Positions 50,116 through 63,640 of a stretch of DNA of 64,000 nt are shown piece by piece. This stretch comes from Malacoraja senta (Eukaryota). A program made the translations under genes and the position numbers. The first letter of the stretch is position 1, and the number at the start of each line of letters is the position of its first letter. The stretch is from positions 7,812,001-7,876,000 of the forward strand of contig CM075979.1 in assembly GCA_038087875.1 (NCBI GenBank). Reading direction: 5' to 3'. The notes under the pieces are model-generated. The model searched no databases and was not told where the DNA came from. It saw only the letters and a program-made list of their open reading frames with translations.

Positions 50116-53100
50116 AGTAACATCATGTGTCCAGTCCTGCCCATAAATGGGCTGAAGAAATCTTTCAGAATCACTTAAGCCATGACCAAGCTGGCTGTCA
50201 AAAATAAGTAGTTCAGAATGTCTCTGAAATTGTACATTAAAAAGCAATTTAGATTTAAACATTTGCTTTGAAAATAATACATAACAGAAAGGTTTTTTCA
50301 AAAACAAATACTGTAATACCTAGATAATTAAGAACATTTATCTAAAGTTATAAGAGAGATGCTGTTTGTATATAGCTGTAATCTGGAGTGGGGATTCCCA
50401 TGTGGGAGAACAGCCCAGAAAAGATTGGCAAAAAGCAGTAATAATTCCACATTCATGCAAGGATCCCAAACCTGGTGGCTATTATTCAGGAAATACTTAT
50501 AGTTCCACATACTGTTTCCCTGCAAACTCTGGCATAATATCTGCTTTTGTACTTCCACTCAAACCTCCCTTCCCCCTTATAGTTGTCAGATATTCTATTT
50601 AAAACTGTCAATCCAATGACTGCAACAAATCAAATGGACCTAATTATTCTGATCAAATCATCTGAAAATATTGGTTATGTTTATGTGGGAGTGGCCTTTC
50701 CTAATCTTCCTCAATTCACTACTTTTCCACCAAAAGTTACAGCATTTCCAAAATAAATATTTAAGCTGTTAGCTCCAGCATTAAAATTGGCCAGAAGTGG
50801 GGCTGTAATTGAACGGAAATTTAAATGGAAACAAAGATGGCTTCAGACTGGATTTTGAGTGAAAATAACACGTGTTTCTGCAACGCAAATTGGATATATT
50901 GTGATTGATGAATCGGGCCAAAATTGTGTTTATTCCACAGACCAGATTGGTTATAACGCGATACCAATCGGGAACTAGCGAACCACTTAAAAGTTACTTT
51001 TAAAATTGACGAGCAGGGAAAAAAACTGTCTTGAAGAAAAATGTCTAGGGAAAAAAAAACTGCTTCCATGACACCTCCCCACAGTAATCAGACATCATTG
51101 TCTCAGCTGCTATTTTAACCAGGTGGCAACTTAAATTGACAAGCGAATTGACACTTTTGCGCAATATTACTCCTTGAAAGTAACATTAGCCTTTGGTATA
51201 TTTTTAGGCAGTAATAATCCTGCCTAAAGAAGTAATTTAAAAATCCTGCGGAAAAAATAACTTTGTTATGGTGATTCTGAAACTCTCCAACTCCAAACCC
51301 CCTTGTTAGGATTGCTTTTGCAATGTGATTTTCTATAAGGCCTGGTTTCTTAGCAGCACAGCCATTGTGTTTTAGCAGAATTACATATATTGACATTATT
51401 CATGCTACTTGACAAATTCTTTCCCCAGGGGAAACATGTCCTGAGTGCCAATTATATGTGAAAAAGTAAATTGATCATGTCATGTATGTTTGATTCAGAA
51501 ACTGTTAAACTGAATTGATTCATTGATTCGGCAATATGCATTGCCGGGAATGTTATACAATATCATATACAAAATGATCCAGTTAAACACTGTAGTAATT
51601 AGTAAGTAGAAGGTACTTACTGACTTTTGATGGCATGGGAAAAGGTGGCTTTGCAAAAGATCAGCTGATTGCATTGTGCAGGAGGGAACCAACAGATGCT
51701 GGTTTACACTGAAGATAGACACAAAATGCTGGAGTAACTCAGTGGGCCAAGCAGCATCTCAGGAGAAAAGAAATAGGTGACGTTTTGAGTCGAGACCCTT
51801 CTTCAGATAGATTACAGGCATCAGACCAGGTCACAGGGAGAACGTACAAACTCCACACAGACATCACTCGCAGTCAGAACCGAACCTGGGGTCTCTAGTT
51901 GTGAGGCAGCCATTCGACCAGCTGCACACTGCGCCGTCCTTAGGTTGAGTTGAGAAAGAGACCATGGAGTAACAAGAACAGACATGGGTGATGGTCGAAT
52001 GTTCAGAAATTATTGAGGAAGGGAGGTGAGATATATCGCCCTGTAGTCACTGGTGTGGAAAAGAATGAGAGATGATCTGATTGAAACATCCAAAATTCTG
52101 ATCGGCATTCGGAGGCTATGAGGGTATTCCCAGTAGCTGGAGCATCTAAGTGCAATACAACTCGGACTTTGCACAGCAATTGGGGTCGTTGTCAACGATC
52201 ACAGAGAAGTGAGGCGAGGAGAAATCACTTTGTGCAGAGAGAGCAGTAAATCTTTGGAATTCCCTACCTCACTTGGCTTTCTTTGCTCCATAACTAAATC
52301 TATTGAAGTCTGTGATTGCTGGTTTTCTGTTCACTCGGGGAATCTAATTTAATGTGAACTGGGCAGACAAAATGGCCTTGAGGCACAGAATCGGCCATGA
52401 TCTTACCAAACAGTTGAGCAAGCTCGACAAGCAGTGCGGTCCTGCTACTGCTCCTACTTCTTACAATCACGTCATAGGAGCTCAAAGAAGGACAGAGACA
52501 TTAAAACAGCATTATCTCAGTGAGCACGAACTTGTCAGATCTGTTCCTCTATAATGTGCTATATTGCTGAGTGTAATGCTTTATACAAACAAAAACTGCT
52601 TTTTTTATAGCTTTGTTCATGATGCTTCTAGTATTTAACTGCTGAAGAAGCACCTTCTGAAGGATTTTTCTGTGTTGCGGAAGTAAATCTTGCAACTAAT
52701 TCAGTGCAAAGCAAATTCTCAGGAAACAGCTAACGAGTTAAATGATACGAAACTGTTTGTACAGCTTGGTTCAACTGCATATTTATTACATGCTGAATGG
52801 AATAACGTTCTTGTTTTTTTCTGTGTATTTCCTGGCACTATGAACCTATGAACAGTAGCAATGATGATGCTTTGACTGTGAATGCAGTACCCTGGAAAAT
52901 CCTGGCTAACTTTGCTGTCCATTGATAACACCTCTTAGCTCACATGTACTCCATATGCTCTTGTGTTGCGAACTGGATTCAATCAGCTAACTGGATCTGA
53001 AAGGAATTTCCAGCTGAATTCTTCCCCTTAAATGACTCAGTTTCTCTCCTCTGGGGTTTTGTCTCTCCCTGTAGATTTCATTTGCTTTGCCCATGCTGAA

Positions 53101-53727
53101 GATTGATAGACAACACCTCTAGTTATTTCCCTTCAAGATACAGCATGGAAACAGACCCTTCGTCACACCAATTCCACACCCGACCATCGATCACCCGTTC
53201 ACACCAATTCCATGTTATCCCGCTCCCTGCACATTAGGGTCAATTTACAGAGAGCCAATTAACCTACAGACCCCCACGTCTTTGGGATGTGGATGGAAAA
53301 CGGAGCAACCGGAGGTAACCCACGCGGTCACAGGGAGAATGTTTGCTTGTGTAGGGAGTGAACGGGAAGTAGAACTAGTGTGAACGAGTCATTGATGGTC
53401 GACGTGGATGCTGTGGGCCAAACGACTTGTTTACATGCTGTATCTTTCAATCAGTCAATCAGGTTTTAAGGAATAAACTGCACAGGTGCATTTCATAGAT
53501 CTGAACATCAGCTAACAACGATGACGGAACAGGTGGTACAAGTTGTGGGACTGTCTGCGAGGTGTAAGGCGAAGGGGGAGAAAGATTGAATAGGAACCTA
53601 AAGGGTAACTTTTTTACATATGGAGCGTGTATGGAACGAGCTCCTGGAGGAGGTAGTTGAGGCGGGTACTATTGCAACGTTTAAGAGATGTTTACACAGG
53701 TACATGGCTAGGGTAGGTTTAGAGGGT

Positions 53728-54053
53728 AGTTTAGTTTTAGTTTAGCCCAGTTTAGAGATACAGCACGGAAACAGGCCCGTCAGCCTTCAGTGCCCGCACC
53801 GACCAGCGATCCCCGCACATTAACACTATCCTACACACACTAGGGATAATCTACACTTATACCAAGCCAATTAACCCACATACCTGTCTTTGGAGTGTGG
53901 GAGGAAACCGAAGATCTCGGAGAAAACCCACGTGGTCACGGGGAGAACATACAAACTCCGTACAGACAGGACCCGTAGTCGGAATCGAACCGGGTCTCTG
54001 ATGGTGCAAGCGCTGTAAGGCAGCAACTCTATCGCTGCATCACTGTGCCACCC
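53728..54053 (-). mobile_element. HE1/V-SINE, near full length
   Basis: Reverse of the head/core/tail seen in + copies. Confidence 0.9.
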
Positions 54054-54071
54054 AAAGTCTGAAGGTTAAGT

Positions 54072-54099
54072 CTGAAGAAGGGTCTTGACCCGAAACGTC
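54072..54099 (+). ncRNA. Candidate minimal type I hammerhead ribozyme core within a repeat (54070-54166)
   Basis: CTGAAGA-A-GGGTC-TT-GACCC-GAAA-CG-TC: both conserved boxes, stem II and a GUC site; stems I and III minimal. Confidence 0.5.
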
Positions 54100-54309
54100 A
54101 CCCATGCCTTCTATCCAGAGTTGCTGCCTGTCACGCTGAGTTACTCCAGCATTCTGTGTCTATCTTAGGTTTAGAGGGATATGGGCCAAATGCAGACAGG
54201 TAAGACTAGTGTTGATGGGACATGTTGGTCGGTGTGAGCAAGTTGGGCCGATGGGCCTGTTTCCACACTGTATGACTACAAGGTCTATCATTCTGCATGT
54301 TGCTGCAAT

Positions 54310-54820
54310 GCTGTGGGTTGATGCACTCCACCCCTGAATTCAGAAGGTTACAGGTTCCAGTACCATTGGAGCACAAAAACAAATGTCAACTCCACAGTAC
54401 AATTCCTTCAGAGTTAAATCCTTATGGTTGAGGTGTTATTTTAGGGTTTTCCTTCTCTCTCAGGTGGATGAAAAATAAAAATCTCACAGTGCTATTTTAA
54501 TGTAGCCAAAACCTGCTCCTGGTATTTTAAGAAACATTAAGATATAACCATAAAATTAAACAGCAGTTTAAAGAATGTTGTACACTGCTCTGTCGTACAT
54601 TTCCGTTATATATCTTGCATTGCCCAGAACTAGTTGTACTCGCTTCTTCAAAGGGATCTTTTATATTCATTAGACCAAACCTTAATGCTTCATTGAAAAG
54701 ATGATACCTCTAAAAGTACTGCAATGCAGAATCAACCTGAAGATTGCTTCTGAGGTTTTTCACACTGGGACTTGAATCGTCTAAATTCTGAGGTGAAAGT
54801 GTCACCCATTGAGCTGCAGA
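54310..54820. mobile_element. Ancient Deu-domain SINE remnants (AmnSINE/SacSINE-like), one per strand
   Basis: ctctctcaggtggatgaaaa...cacagtgctatttt on +; gggatcttttat...ttaatgcttcattgaaaagatgatacctc on -. Confidence 0.5.
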
Positions 54821-54849
54821 TAGGTACATAATGACTACACCATAAAGTT

Positions 54850-55435
54850 AACATCAAGACTAACATCCCCTACAACTCTCACCAACTTCTACAGATGCAC
54901 CATGGAAAGCATTTTGTCAGGATGCGTCACAGTTCCAACCAAGACCGCAAGAAATTGAGCGAATTATGTACGCAGCCCAGACCATCACACAAATTAACCT
55001 CCCTTATATTGACTCCATTTATACCTCACGCTGCCTCGGCAAGGCCAGCAGCATAATCAAAGACGAGTCGCTGCCACTCCCCCCTTCTCCCCTCTCCCCT
55101 CAGGCAGAAGGTATAGAAGTGTGAAAACGCACACCTCCAGATTCAGGGACAGTTTCTTCCCAGCTGTTATCATGCAACTGAATCATCCTACCACAACCAG
55201 AGAGCAGAGCTGAACTACTATCTACCTTGGTGACCCTCGGACTCTCCTTGATCGGACTTTGCTGGCTTTACCTTGTACTAAACATTATTCCCTTATCATA
55301 TATCTACCTATACATTGTAAATGGCTCAATTGTAATCATGTATTGTCTTTCTGCTGACTGGTTAGCACGAAACAAAAGCTTTTCACTGCACCTTGTTTCG
55401 CTTGTACAAGTGACAATAAACTAAACTGCACTGAA
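54850..55435 (+). mobile_element. Rex1/Babar-type LINE 3' end
   Basis: accaacttctacagatgcaccat..gaaagc, ggcagaaggtatagaag..cagattcagggacagtttcttccc; gacaataaactaaact tail. Confidence 0.8.
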
Positions 55436-55989
55436 CTGGTGGTTACCAGATAATGAGACAAAATGAAGCCACACTGTTGGGAGTACTGTACGTTTGCAAA
55501 GCAAATGTGTTGTGTTCCTTGGCACGTTCTGTATCTCAGCCAAAAGTGACAGAGTAACCAGAGTCTGGCGTGAATGACATCCCATTTGGAGGTGATATCA
55601 TACTGTGTCAGAGACAGCAAGAAATATAATTGTGCTGCACTGTCATACTGTTTTACTTCATAGCCTTGCGCAGAGTTGATTTAAAATTGTTTTGAGAAAT
55701 CTGCAGTTCGTACAAATGCTATAAGAAATATTCCATGCCTGGCAGCCAAGAGCAGATGTTCTTGTCTGCATGTTCCCAGACCCCACCTTGCCAGAAGTCA
55801 TTCTTGCAGCCAAGCAGAAAAAAAACAAAGTCATGCCAGCTGAATATCCATATGGTAGTTAACGGTCTGAACGGCAGCTTCAGCAAACTGCAGCTTAGAG
55901 ATACTAGACTTATTTGTTAATTTATTCTTTAACGGGTGGTACTAGAAATGACAAAGGTTCCATGCCAGTCGCTGGGTACATACGTGATC

Positions 55990-56365
55990 TCAGTTCAGTT
56001 TAGTTTAGTTTATTGTCACGTCTACAAGTGAAACAAGGTACAGTGAAAAGCTTTTGGTGCGTGCTAACCAGCCAGCAGAAAGACAAATACATGATTACAA
56101 TCGTGCCGTTCGCAGTGTACAGATACGTGATAAGGGAATAACGGTTAGTTCAAGGTAAAGCCGGTAAAATCCGATCAAAAATAGTCCGAGGTCCCCGATG
56201 AGGTAGATAGTAATTCAGGATTGCTTTCTGGTTACGGAAGGATGGTTCAGTTGCCTGATGGAAAGAAATTGTCCCTGAATCTGGAGGTGTGCACTTTCAC
56301 ATGTCTATACCTTTTGCCAGATGGGAGAGGGGAGAAGAGGAGTGGCCAGGGTGCGACTTGTCCTT
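55990..56365 (-). mobile_element. Same LINE 3' end, inverted relative to 54850-55435
   Basis: gtttagtttattgtcac...gtgaaaagcttt...tgctaaccag is the reverse complement of ~55330-55425. Confidence 0.8.
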
Positions 56366-57142
56366 GAATATTCTATTCTTTCTATTCCTTCTATCTATCT
56401 ATACATAACTAAAGCTCTGATCTTGTGCTCTTCCGGTTTGCGCAAAAACGGTACGCGATAGCACTACGACTTTTCGCCAGGGTACTCGGCGTTCTGTGCT
56501 GTGAGTGCAACAAGTTTCGTTCCGATCGGTGGTATATTGTAAAAGTTATCGAGGTTTAAATATCTTTAAAACCGCACTGCGCAGATTCCTTCAGTCAGCG
56601 CCACGCAGTTTGTTCTCTTCACCTGTCAGCCAATGCCACGACCGGGATGGCGACGCCCCTTCCTGCCCCATCGGCGGCCGCCTGTCCCGCCTCACTCACA
56701 AACTCCTCTCTCCCCTCCTCACAGTAACTTGTCTATCGTCTCCCCCACCAACGGCGGTGGCCGCGAGGGGGGAGGTTAAATTGAAGGCCCAGTGGAGGCC
56801 CTGGTCCCGTCTCTCTCTCCCTCATCACTCACCCCTCTCCCCCCCCCCGCCCTCTGCGGCAATGGCAGGTAGGCGGGTGGGCAGGGCGGGGACGGGCCGA
56901 GCGGCAGCAGAGGCGGGGGGGGGTGGGCTGGGTGCCGATGGGCCGAGTGGAAACAGCAGGCGGTCGGACAGGACAGGCCGAGCGGCGGATGAGCCGGAGT
57001 GGCAGAGGGAGGGGGGGGGGGGGGGGGGGGAGTCGGGTTGCAGGGTGGCTGAGCAGTTTGCGTGGAGTTTGAGTAACTGATACACACACACGATGCAAAC
57101 TGAGTCCAATCGTCAAGTCAACTGGATCTAAACCACAACTAA

Positions 57143-57472
57143 TGGCCCTGTCCCACGGTACGAGTTCATTCCAAGAGCTCTCCCGAGTTTGCCCTGATTC
57201 GAACCCGGAGACTTACGGTAATGGCCGCTCGTTGGTACTCGGGGCTCTCGTGGACATTTTTCAACATGTTGAAAAATCTTCACGAGTCTTCCCGAGCTTA
57301 CCTGCCGTTAGCGAGTCTTCCCGAGTACCTTCCGTTAGCATTACGAGCCGCTAAGAGACGTCCCCGAGCTCCGACGTACCCGCTACGTTCATTCTCCGTG
57401 CTTACCACGAGTTTGATTTTTTTTAAACTCGGTAGAGCTCTTGGAATGAACTCGTACCGTGGGACAGGGCCA
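57143..57472. mobile_element. PIF/Harbinger MITE (330 bp) nested in the Helitron
   Basis: Perfect ~39-bp TIR tggccctgtcccacggtacgagttcattccaagagctct; TAA TSD at 57140-42 and 57473-75. Confidence 0.95.
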
Positions 57473-57519
57473 TAACAATGAATGACCTGCGGAGGAAGGA
57501 ACTGCAGATGCTGCTTTTT

Positions 57520-57920
57520 AAGGATGGAGGGATGGAGGGAGGGGAGGAGGAGAGGGGGAAGATCCTGGGGAGGTGAGGAGGGAGAGTGGGGGGATTGAGG
57601 AAGAGGAAGGGGTAGGAAGGGAGAGGGGGAAAGTGGTGGAGGTGAGGAGAGGGAGTGGGGGAGCAGGGGGAATAGAGGGAGAGGAGGGGGGAGTAGGAAG
57701 TGGGTAATAGAGGGAGAGAGCAGTGAGGGAGGTCATGAGGGATAGTGGGCGGGGTAGGGGGCGGTGAGGAGTAGGGGATAGAGGAATAAGAGGGGGTAGG
57801 GAGGGGAGAGGGAGGGAGGGAGTGACTGAGGGTAGGGGAAAGGAGAGGGAGGGCGAGGTGAGGGAGGGATTGGGGAGGGGAGGAGAGGGGAAAGAAGAGG
57901 GAGGGTGAAGAGAGGGAGGG
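57520..57920. repeat. G/A-rich polypurine tract, G-quadruplex-prone
   Basis: Dense G3-G6 runs. Confidence 0.85.
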
Positions 57921-59578
57921 GCTGCTGGAGGATGAGGGGAAATGAGCCGTGCCTGCGCAGTTGGGGGCTATGCATGAGTGGTGGAATATTGCATTGGGGG
58001 AACGGGTGAGTGGTGGAATATTGCGTCGGGGAACGGGTTGCGTTGGGGGACCAGGACTCCCGTGTGACAGGGGCCCAACGGGTCCCCACTTAGTCTAGTT
58101 ATCTCTATTTTTCCATCTAGAATTATTCAAATCTTTCATTCATCGACCAAACCTGGCAATTACAATAGTGACAGAACTCCACAAGCAGTGTGCTGAATGC
58201 AAGGGGAAAAAAATCGATGTACCAATCAAGTTATGAACCTCTCAATAATAATAAAACTCAACTTCCTTTTATGAAGCATTAGTTCTGGTCCATTAATGAC
58301 GACATGGAAAATAAAATAGTTTGCATTTAAAATCACGTCAAATGAATTACCATTACAAAAGGGCATTTGGTCAGTGTAAGGAAATATTGCATTCTCAACT
58401 CATAAGTACTTTGAAGCTCTCAGCAGACCTTGCACCACAAGCGTAATATGTTTTCATTACACCTACTGAGCAGGAGATGATTTCTTCCACTCACTGGATC
58501 ACAGCTGCCTGTTGATTCCACGCAGCTTGTTTTCAACACTTTTATTATAACCTTTTGCTTTTTCAATATAAATGGTGCAATTTAATGCTCATTTGTATTG
58601 TGCTCTCATTTAAGTCTTAAATTTAACCATTGGCGCACTAATCGTGATATCTAATGATCCATGGTCTCAATGTCTGTACCATTCAGTAAGTCTGCACCGA
58701 CTTTCATCTCGTTTTATTCACTTCCATGTTATTCTGCACATTTGCTCCTTATTGTGTTTCGTATTATTTATAAAGCCTGGAGAAAAAAAGCAGCTTTTTA
58801 AAGTCACAAATTTCACTGAGTTCGGTGATTTATTCGGTGATTCAGTCACAAGGCACTGCAGATGACTAAGGGTGCCGTTAAACTGAAATGGGTGCAAGAA
58901 AAGGATTACACAGATGCTCGAGCAAAGAAACAAATTGCTGGAGGAACTCAGCGGGTCAGGCAGCATTAGTGGGGGGAATGGACAGACAACGGCTTACCTT
59001 GGAACCCTTCCGGGCTCTTTACAAGGATGCTACTGGGTCAGGAAGGTTTACGTTATAAGGAGAGGCTGGATAGACTAGGACTTTTTTCCCCTGAACCGTA
59101 GAAGGCTGAGGAGTGACCTGGGGTGGGCAGCACGGTGGCACAGCGGTAGACTGAGTCAGGAGAAGGGTCTCAACCCGAAACGTCACCCATTCCTTCTATC
59201 CAGAGATGCTGCCTGTCCCGCTGAGTTACTCCAGCTTTTTGAGTCTATCTCAGGTTTGTAGGTTAATGTCCTTCAGTAAAATTGTAAATAGCCCCTGTAG
59301 GATTGTGTGTGGGATAGTGCGAGCGCGTGGGGTGGTCGCAGGTCAGTGTTGACTCAGTGGGCCAAAGGGCCTGTTTCCATGCTGTTTCTCTAAAGTCTAA
59401 AGACCTTATAGAGGTTTATAAGGCCATGAGGGGAATGGATAAGGTGAATGCCCATAATCCTTTCACAAGTATAGGGCTAGGTTTAAGGTGAGAGGGGAAA
59501 GTTTTATAAGGGTCTTGGGGGAAACCTTTTCACACAGAAGATGGTACAGAAATGGAACGAGCTGCCAGAGGAAGCTGT

Positions 59579-59989
59579 CTTAGGCCCCCTTCAGTCATGG
59601 CTGACCATGGGTGTCTCCAGGGTTGGAGGATGCCAGTGTGTGACTTTGTTTAACGTGGGGAGACTGGTGCACAGACAGCCACCACATGGTCCTTGATAGA
59701 TCTGGGTCAGGATCCAGTGGCATGGAGTCCAAGACGACCGGAGACCCTTTTCTGCTGCAGCCTTCATCCGCCTTCCCAGCCGTTGTGACGTTCCACTAAG
59801 GTCAGCCATCATCCTCCCCCTGCTCCACCGTTGAGGTCTTGGTTGGATTGCTCTTTGTCAGAGACCTCCCCCTCGACCTTACCGCCATGGATGGCCCAAC
59901 CAGGAGCATAGCTCCAGACAGCATCGCTCTCAAGATCTCAGGACCACACAAGCGTCTCCACCACGACAAGGTGACAATCCACGGGGAAG
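59579..59989 (-). mobile_element. Short non-autonomous RTE-derived retroelement inserted in a CR1 3' fragment
   Basis: 12-bp TSD agaggaagctgt (59567-78, 59990-60001); 5' part ggattgtcaccttgtcgtggtggag...ctgacaaagagcaatcc resembles RTE/BovB 5' UTRs. Confidence 0.7.
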
Positions 59990-62019
59990 AGAGGAAGCTG
60001 TGGAGGTGGGTATAATGACAACATTTAAACAACACAGAGAGCTACTTGGATAGGAAAGGTTTGGATGGATATGGGCCAAGTGCAGTAAGTGGTATTGGCT
60101 CGGCTAGATCATTTGCTTGGCATGGACGAGTTGGTCAGAAGGGCCTATTTCCATGCTGTCTCGCTCCATGACTTTATGCTGGACAGCTGAACAAAGAACA
60201 GGAGGTGATGGACATGCTCAGTGAATCAAGTAGCACCTGTGGAAAAAGAAGCAGAGTCATGGTTTCCAGTCAATGACCTTTTTCATCAGTTATGAAAGAT
60301 CGTCGCCTGAAATGCTACCCTTTCCTCCTATGCTGCCAGTATTTTCTACTTTTAGGAAAGATTCAAAAATACAAGATTAGGTTGCGATTGGAACTTTTTA
60401 AGCATAGCCTCTGTGAAACCACAGCAGGGTAATCCACACGTATACTCGAGTATTAACTTTGTTTTGGAGCATGCTTGTGAGCCTGAACCACGAAGAATAG
60501 GAGAACAGTCCAATTAGTGGAGAGAGAAACAGAGTTAACTTTACAATTTATGATCCATGCCAAAACCAGAAACAACAGATGAAAATACTTGCAAGACTCC
60601 ATATTTTATTTTCAACAGCTTTGAAAGAATCTTAAAATGACAATATCCCATGTGTCGGTGTGAAACTATATTTTTCATGTGAATTGAAATACATAAAGTG
60701 ATTTTACACCTTTCCCTGCCACTTGGCTACTAAGGCAAGAACTGCCTATTCTTTGAGGTTTAAGTCCATTCCTCCTGTAAAGATCATAATCGGTATATAT
60801 GTATTTGATCCACATTCCACTGAAAAAATCAAGGGCTGGAGCAATTCATACAATTCATCTTTCATCTTGCAGATTTCCTTTCTTTTCCAAAGGCAAAACC
60901 TCAAAAACCTGCTGCACTCATAGAAGTCACTTTTGATTCAATATTATTATTTTTCATGAAATACCAAAGACAAGTTGCTGGAAATCTGAAATCATATCAG
61001 AAAACATTGGGTGTACTCTATGGGTCAGACAACACATTGAGAGAGAAATGTCTTGAGTATAGCCACAGACAAAAGCCCTTTCTGTATGTGTCTTGTTATT
61101 TTGTGGGGGATCTGGCAATCAGTAATTTTAAGTCAAGCTTTATTTTTGTCTCTTTCTATTTGGAATATGGAAAATAATCGTTCTCAGACGTCATTCTCTC
61201 CACATTGAAAATCAGGATGTCATTATGCCCTGTAACCGGGTGAACACTGGCAAACAACCATTCACAGGTGGTGATGTATGCAGAGTGAATGCCAAAGCAT
61301 TGGCCTCCCATCCAGGGAGTGGCTGAAAACCCACAGCAGCTCCACAGAGGAATACTTTCCAGCTAAGTGTCTTCCAGAACGTAAAAAACGTACTCTGAGA
61401 AACGTACATTTAAGCAATGTTTAAAAATACAAGTACACAAGACTTTATTTAGGAATTGATGTTCCATTCACAACAATCTGTTTTGAAATCCAAAGTGCCG
61501 TAGATAGGCTGATCCACATCCACTGTAGATGAGTTTCTGCTTAAATCAATGCAAATCCTCGACTGGGTCTATTTTAAGACTTTTATTGCCAAGGGACATT
61601 GTCAACCTCCAAAGCATACAGATGATGCAATAAGATTTAAATTATATTTCTGGAGGTGAATGTTAGGAAAAATGGACTAACTTCCTTTCCCACTGTGGTT
61701 TGTAAACATCCTGCCTGTCACTGACTTCTATCAAACTCCAACACGCATAAATTAAACTTTCATTTCTATAGCTCCTGAAACATCCACACAGTGCCATAAA
61801 GTACATTGTAGCCAATGAAATACTTTAGAAGTGTAGTCTTTGTTATAACGTAGAATCCAATAGGATGATTATTGAAGTTGGATAATTCGTTTTATTGATA
61901 TTTGAAGGATAATTATTGGCCAGTGCTACGGGAATGTTCTCTATTCCATTTGAAATATCATCACAGAGCTAGTCTAATTTCGCACTGAGAAGGCGGCTAA
62001 CTCCTTCGATCGCGGTACT

Positions 62020-62285
62020 CACAGCGCCAGAGACCCGGGTTCGATCCTGACTGCAGGTGCTGTCTGTGTGGAGTTCGTACGTTCTCCCTGTGACAGCATG
62101 GGTTTTCTCCAGGTGCTCCGGTTTCCTCCCACATTTCCAAGACGTGCGGGTTAATCGGCTTCTGTAAATTGCCCCTGGTGTGTAGGAATGTGGGATGACA
62201 TAGAACTAGTGTTCGGGCAATCGATGGTTGGGGTGGACAGGCCGAAGGGCCTGTTCCCACTCTGTGCTTCTAAAAGTGAACTAAA
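62020..62285 (+). mobile_element. HE1/V-SINE
   Basis: cacagcgccagagacccgggttcgatcctgact...ggccgaagggcctgtt. Confidence 0.85.
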
Positions 62286-62654
62286 TTTGGATCTGATTCT
62301 CCCCAGATTTTGTGCACAACACTCCAGATTGAAACGTGAACCCATGAGATGGGGGTACTACATTTTGGAAGTACAGTCAATTCAACGCAGATATTCAAAA
62401 GTGAATTTCTTCTGGACAACTGCATGCAGAGGTACAGCTACTCCAGAGTGCTTTGAAAACGTTCAAACTAAAGTTAACTTGAACAAATACATGTCACTTG
62501 TCACAAGAGCTCCAGTAGACCTCTGCTTGTTTTTAATGGGAACAGGCTTGTCCAGTGTTGTCCAGTGGTAGAAATTCCTGGCTGGTCACAAGAACAATTC
62601 TAACTACATACGCTAATTGTGTTCAGGGTTTTACACATACAAACAAACTCATGG

Positions 62655-62763
62655 GCACACGCATACACGCAAACACACACGCATACACATGCATACACGC
62701 AAACACACACGCACACACACGCACACGCAAACACACGCACACACACACGCATACACACGCACA
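62655..62763. repeat. Imperfect (CA)n/(CACG) microsatellite
   Basis: cacacgcatacacgcaaacacac iterations. Confidence 0.9.
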
Positions 62764-63521
62764 ATAAAGGTCTATGCACCCCATGGATATTTATTTGACA
62801 AATCCCTAGCACCTGTTAGAATGAATGTGAAGCGTTCACAGTGATTGAGTTACACTTGCACACGATGCTTTTTATCTTACCATTTTACCAACAAGGCACA
62901 GAGGGTTATTAAAATATGCATGCATACACCATGCAAAAGAACAGAGGCCACATGCAATGATGGTGACAAACACTCATTTGTTACGTAGCTCTTCTGTCAG
63001 AAAATTGCCCACTCCTGGATAAATCAATCAGCCGCATGTGGTTAACGAATCTGACAACACTGGCCAAATCTGAGCTTTTCCCCCTCTCGTTAAAGATTTA
63101 TTTCAAATGACAGGTCGGCTCTTCAACAGACACAACCGAACATATATTTTGGCATGAACTCTAACACAATATACAAAATACCCGACCTACACCAGGAATG
63201 CTTCAAGGGGGGGGGGGGGGGGGAATGGAAAACGGAGAAATGTCATAGTGTATTAAAAATACTTCAATACAGAAATGTTGGTTCCTTTAAGAGATCTGAC
63301 ATTTTAGAAAGATACAATGCATTTTAAAAATATTCAAATATTTCACATTTTTAATAAACATATTCACCCACAATAAAAAGTTGGGAATTCTGGAATTCTT
63401 TTTGAACTTCCACCCTATCCGAGAAGCTCTCTGAAGCCTTGTGCGATGCCTCAAGTTCATTTTATCAGCAGGGATTTTTTTGTGTTTGTGTTAGGGTTGC
63501 CAACCTTCCAGTGTGCCTTTC

Positions 63522-63640
63522 AAGCCCGTCCCACTTCGGCGATTTTTTCGGCGACTACAGGCGACTAGGCTGTCGCCACATGGTCGCGGGGTGACGCCTG
63601 TATGGGTCGTGAGTAGTCTCCTCAAGTTGCCTAAAGTGTC
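63522..63640. mobile_element. Truncated Harbinger-type MITE left arm
   Basis: aagcccgtcccactt start resembles the other Harbinger TIRs; ggcgact subrepeats; no right TIR. Confidence 0.55.

Larger units (their letters stand above)
56398..58098 (+). mobile_element. Non-autonomous Helitron
   Basis: A|TCTATACATAACTAAA 5' end; GC hairpin gggccc-aac-gggtcc at ~58070-58086; CTAG|T 3' end at 58095-58099; no TSD. Confidence 0.75.
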
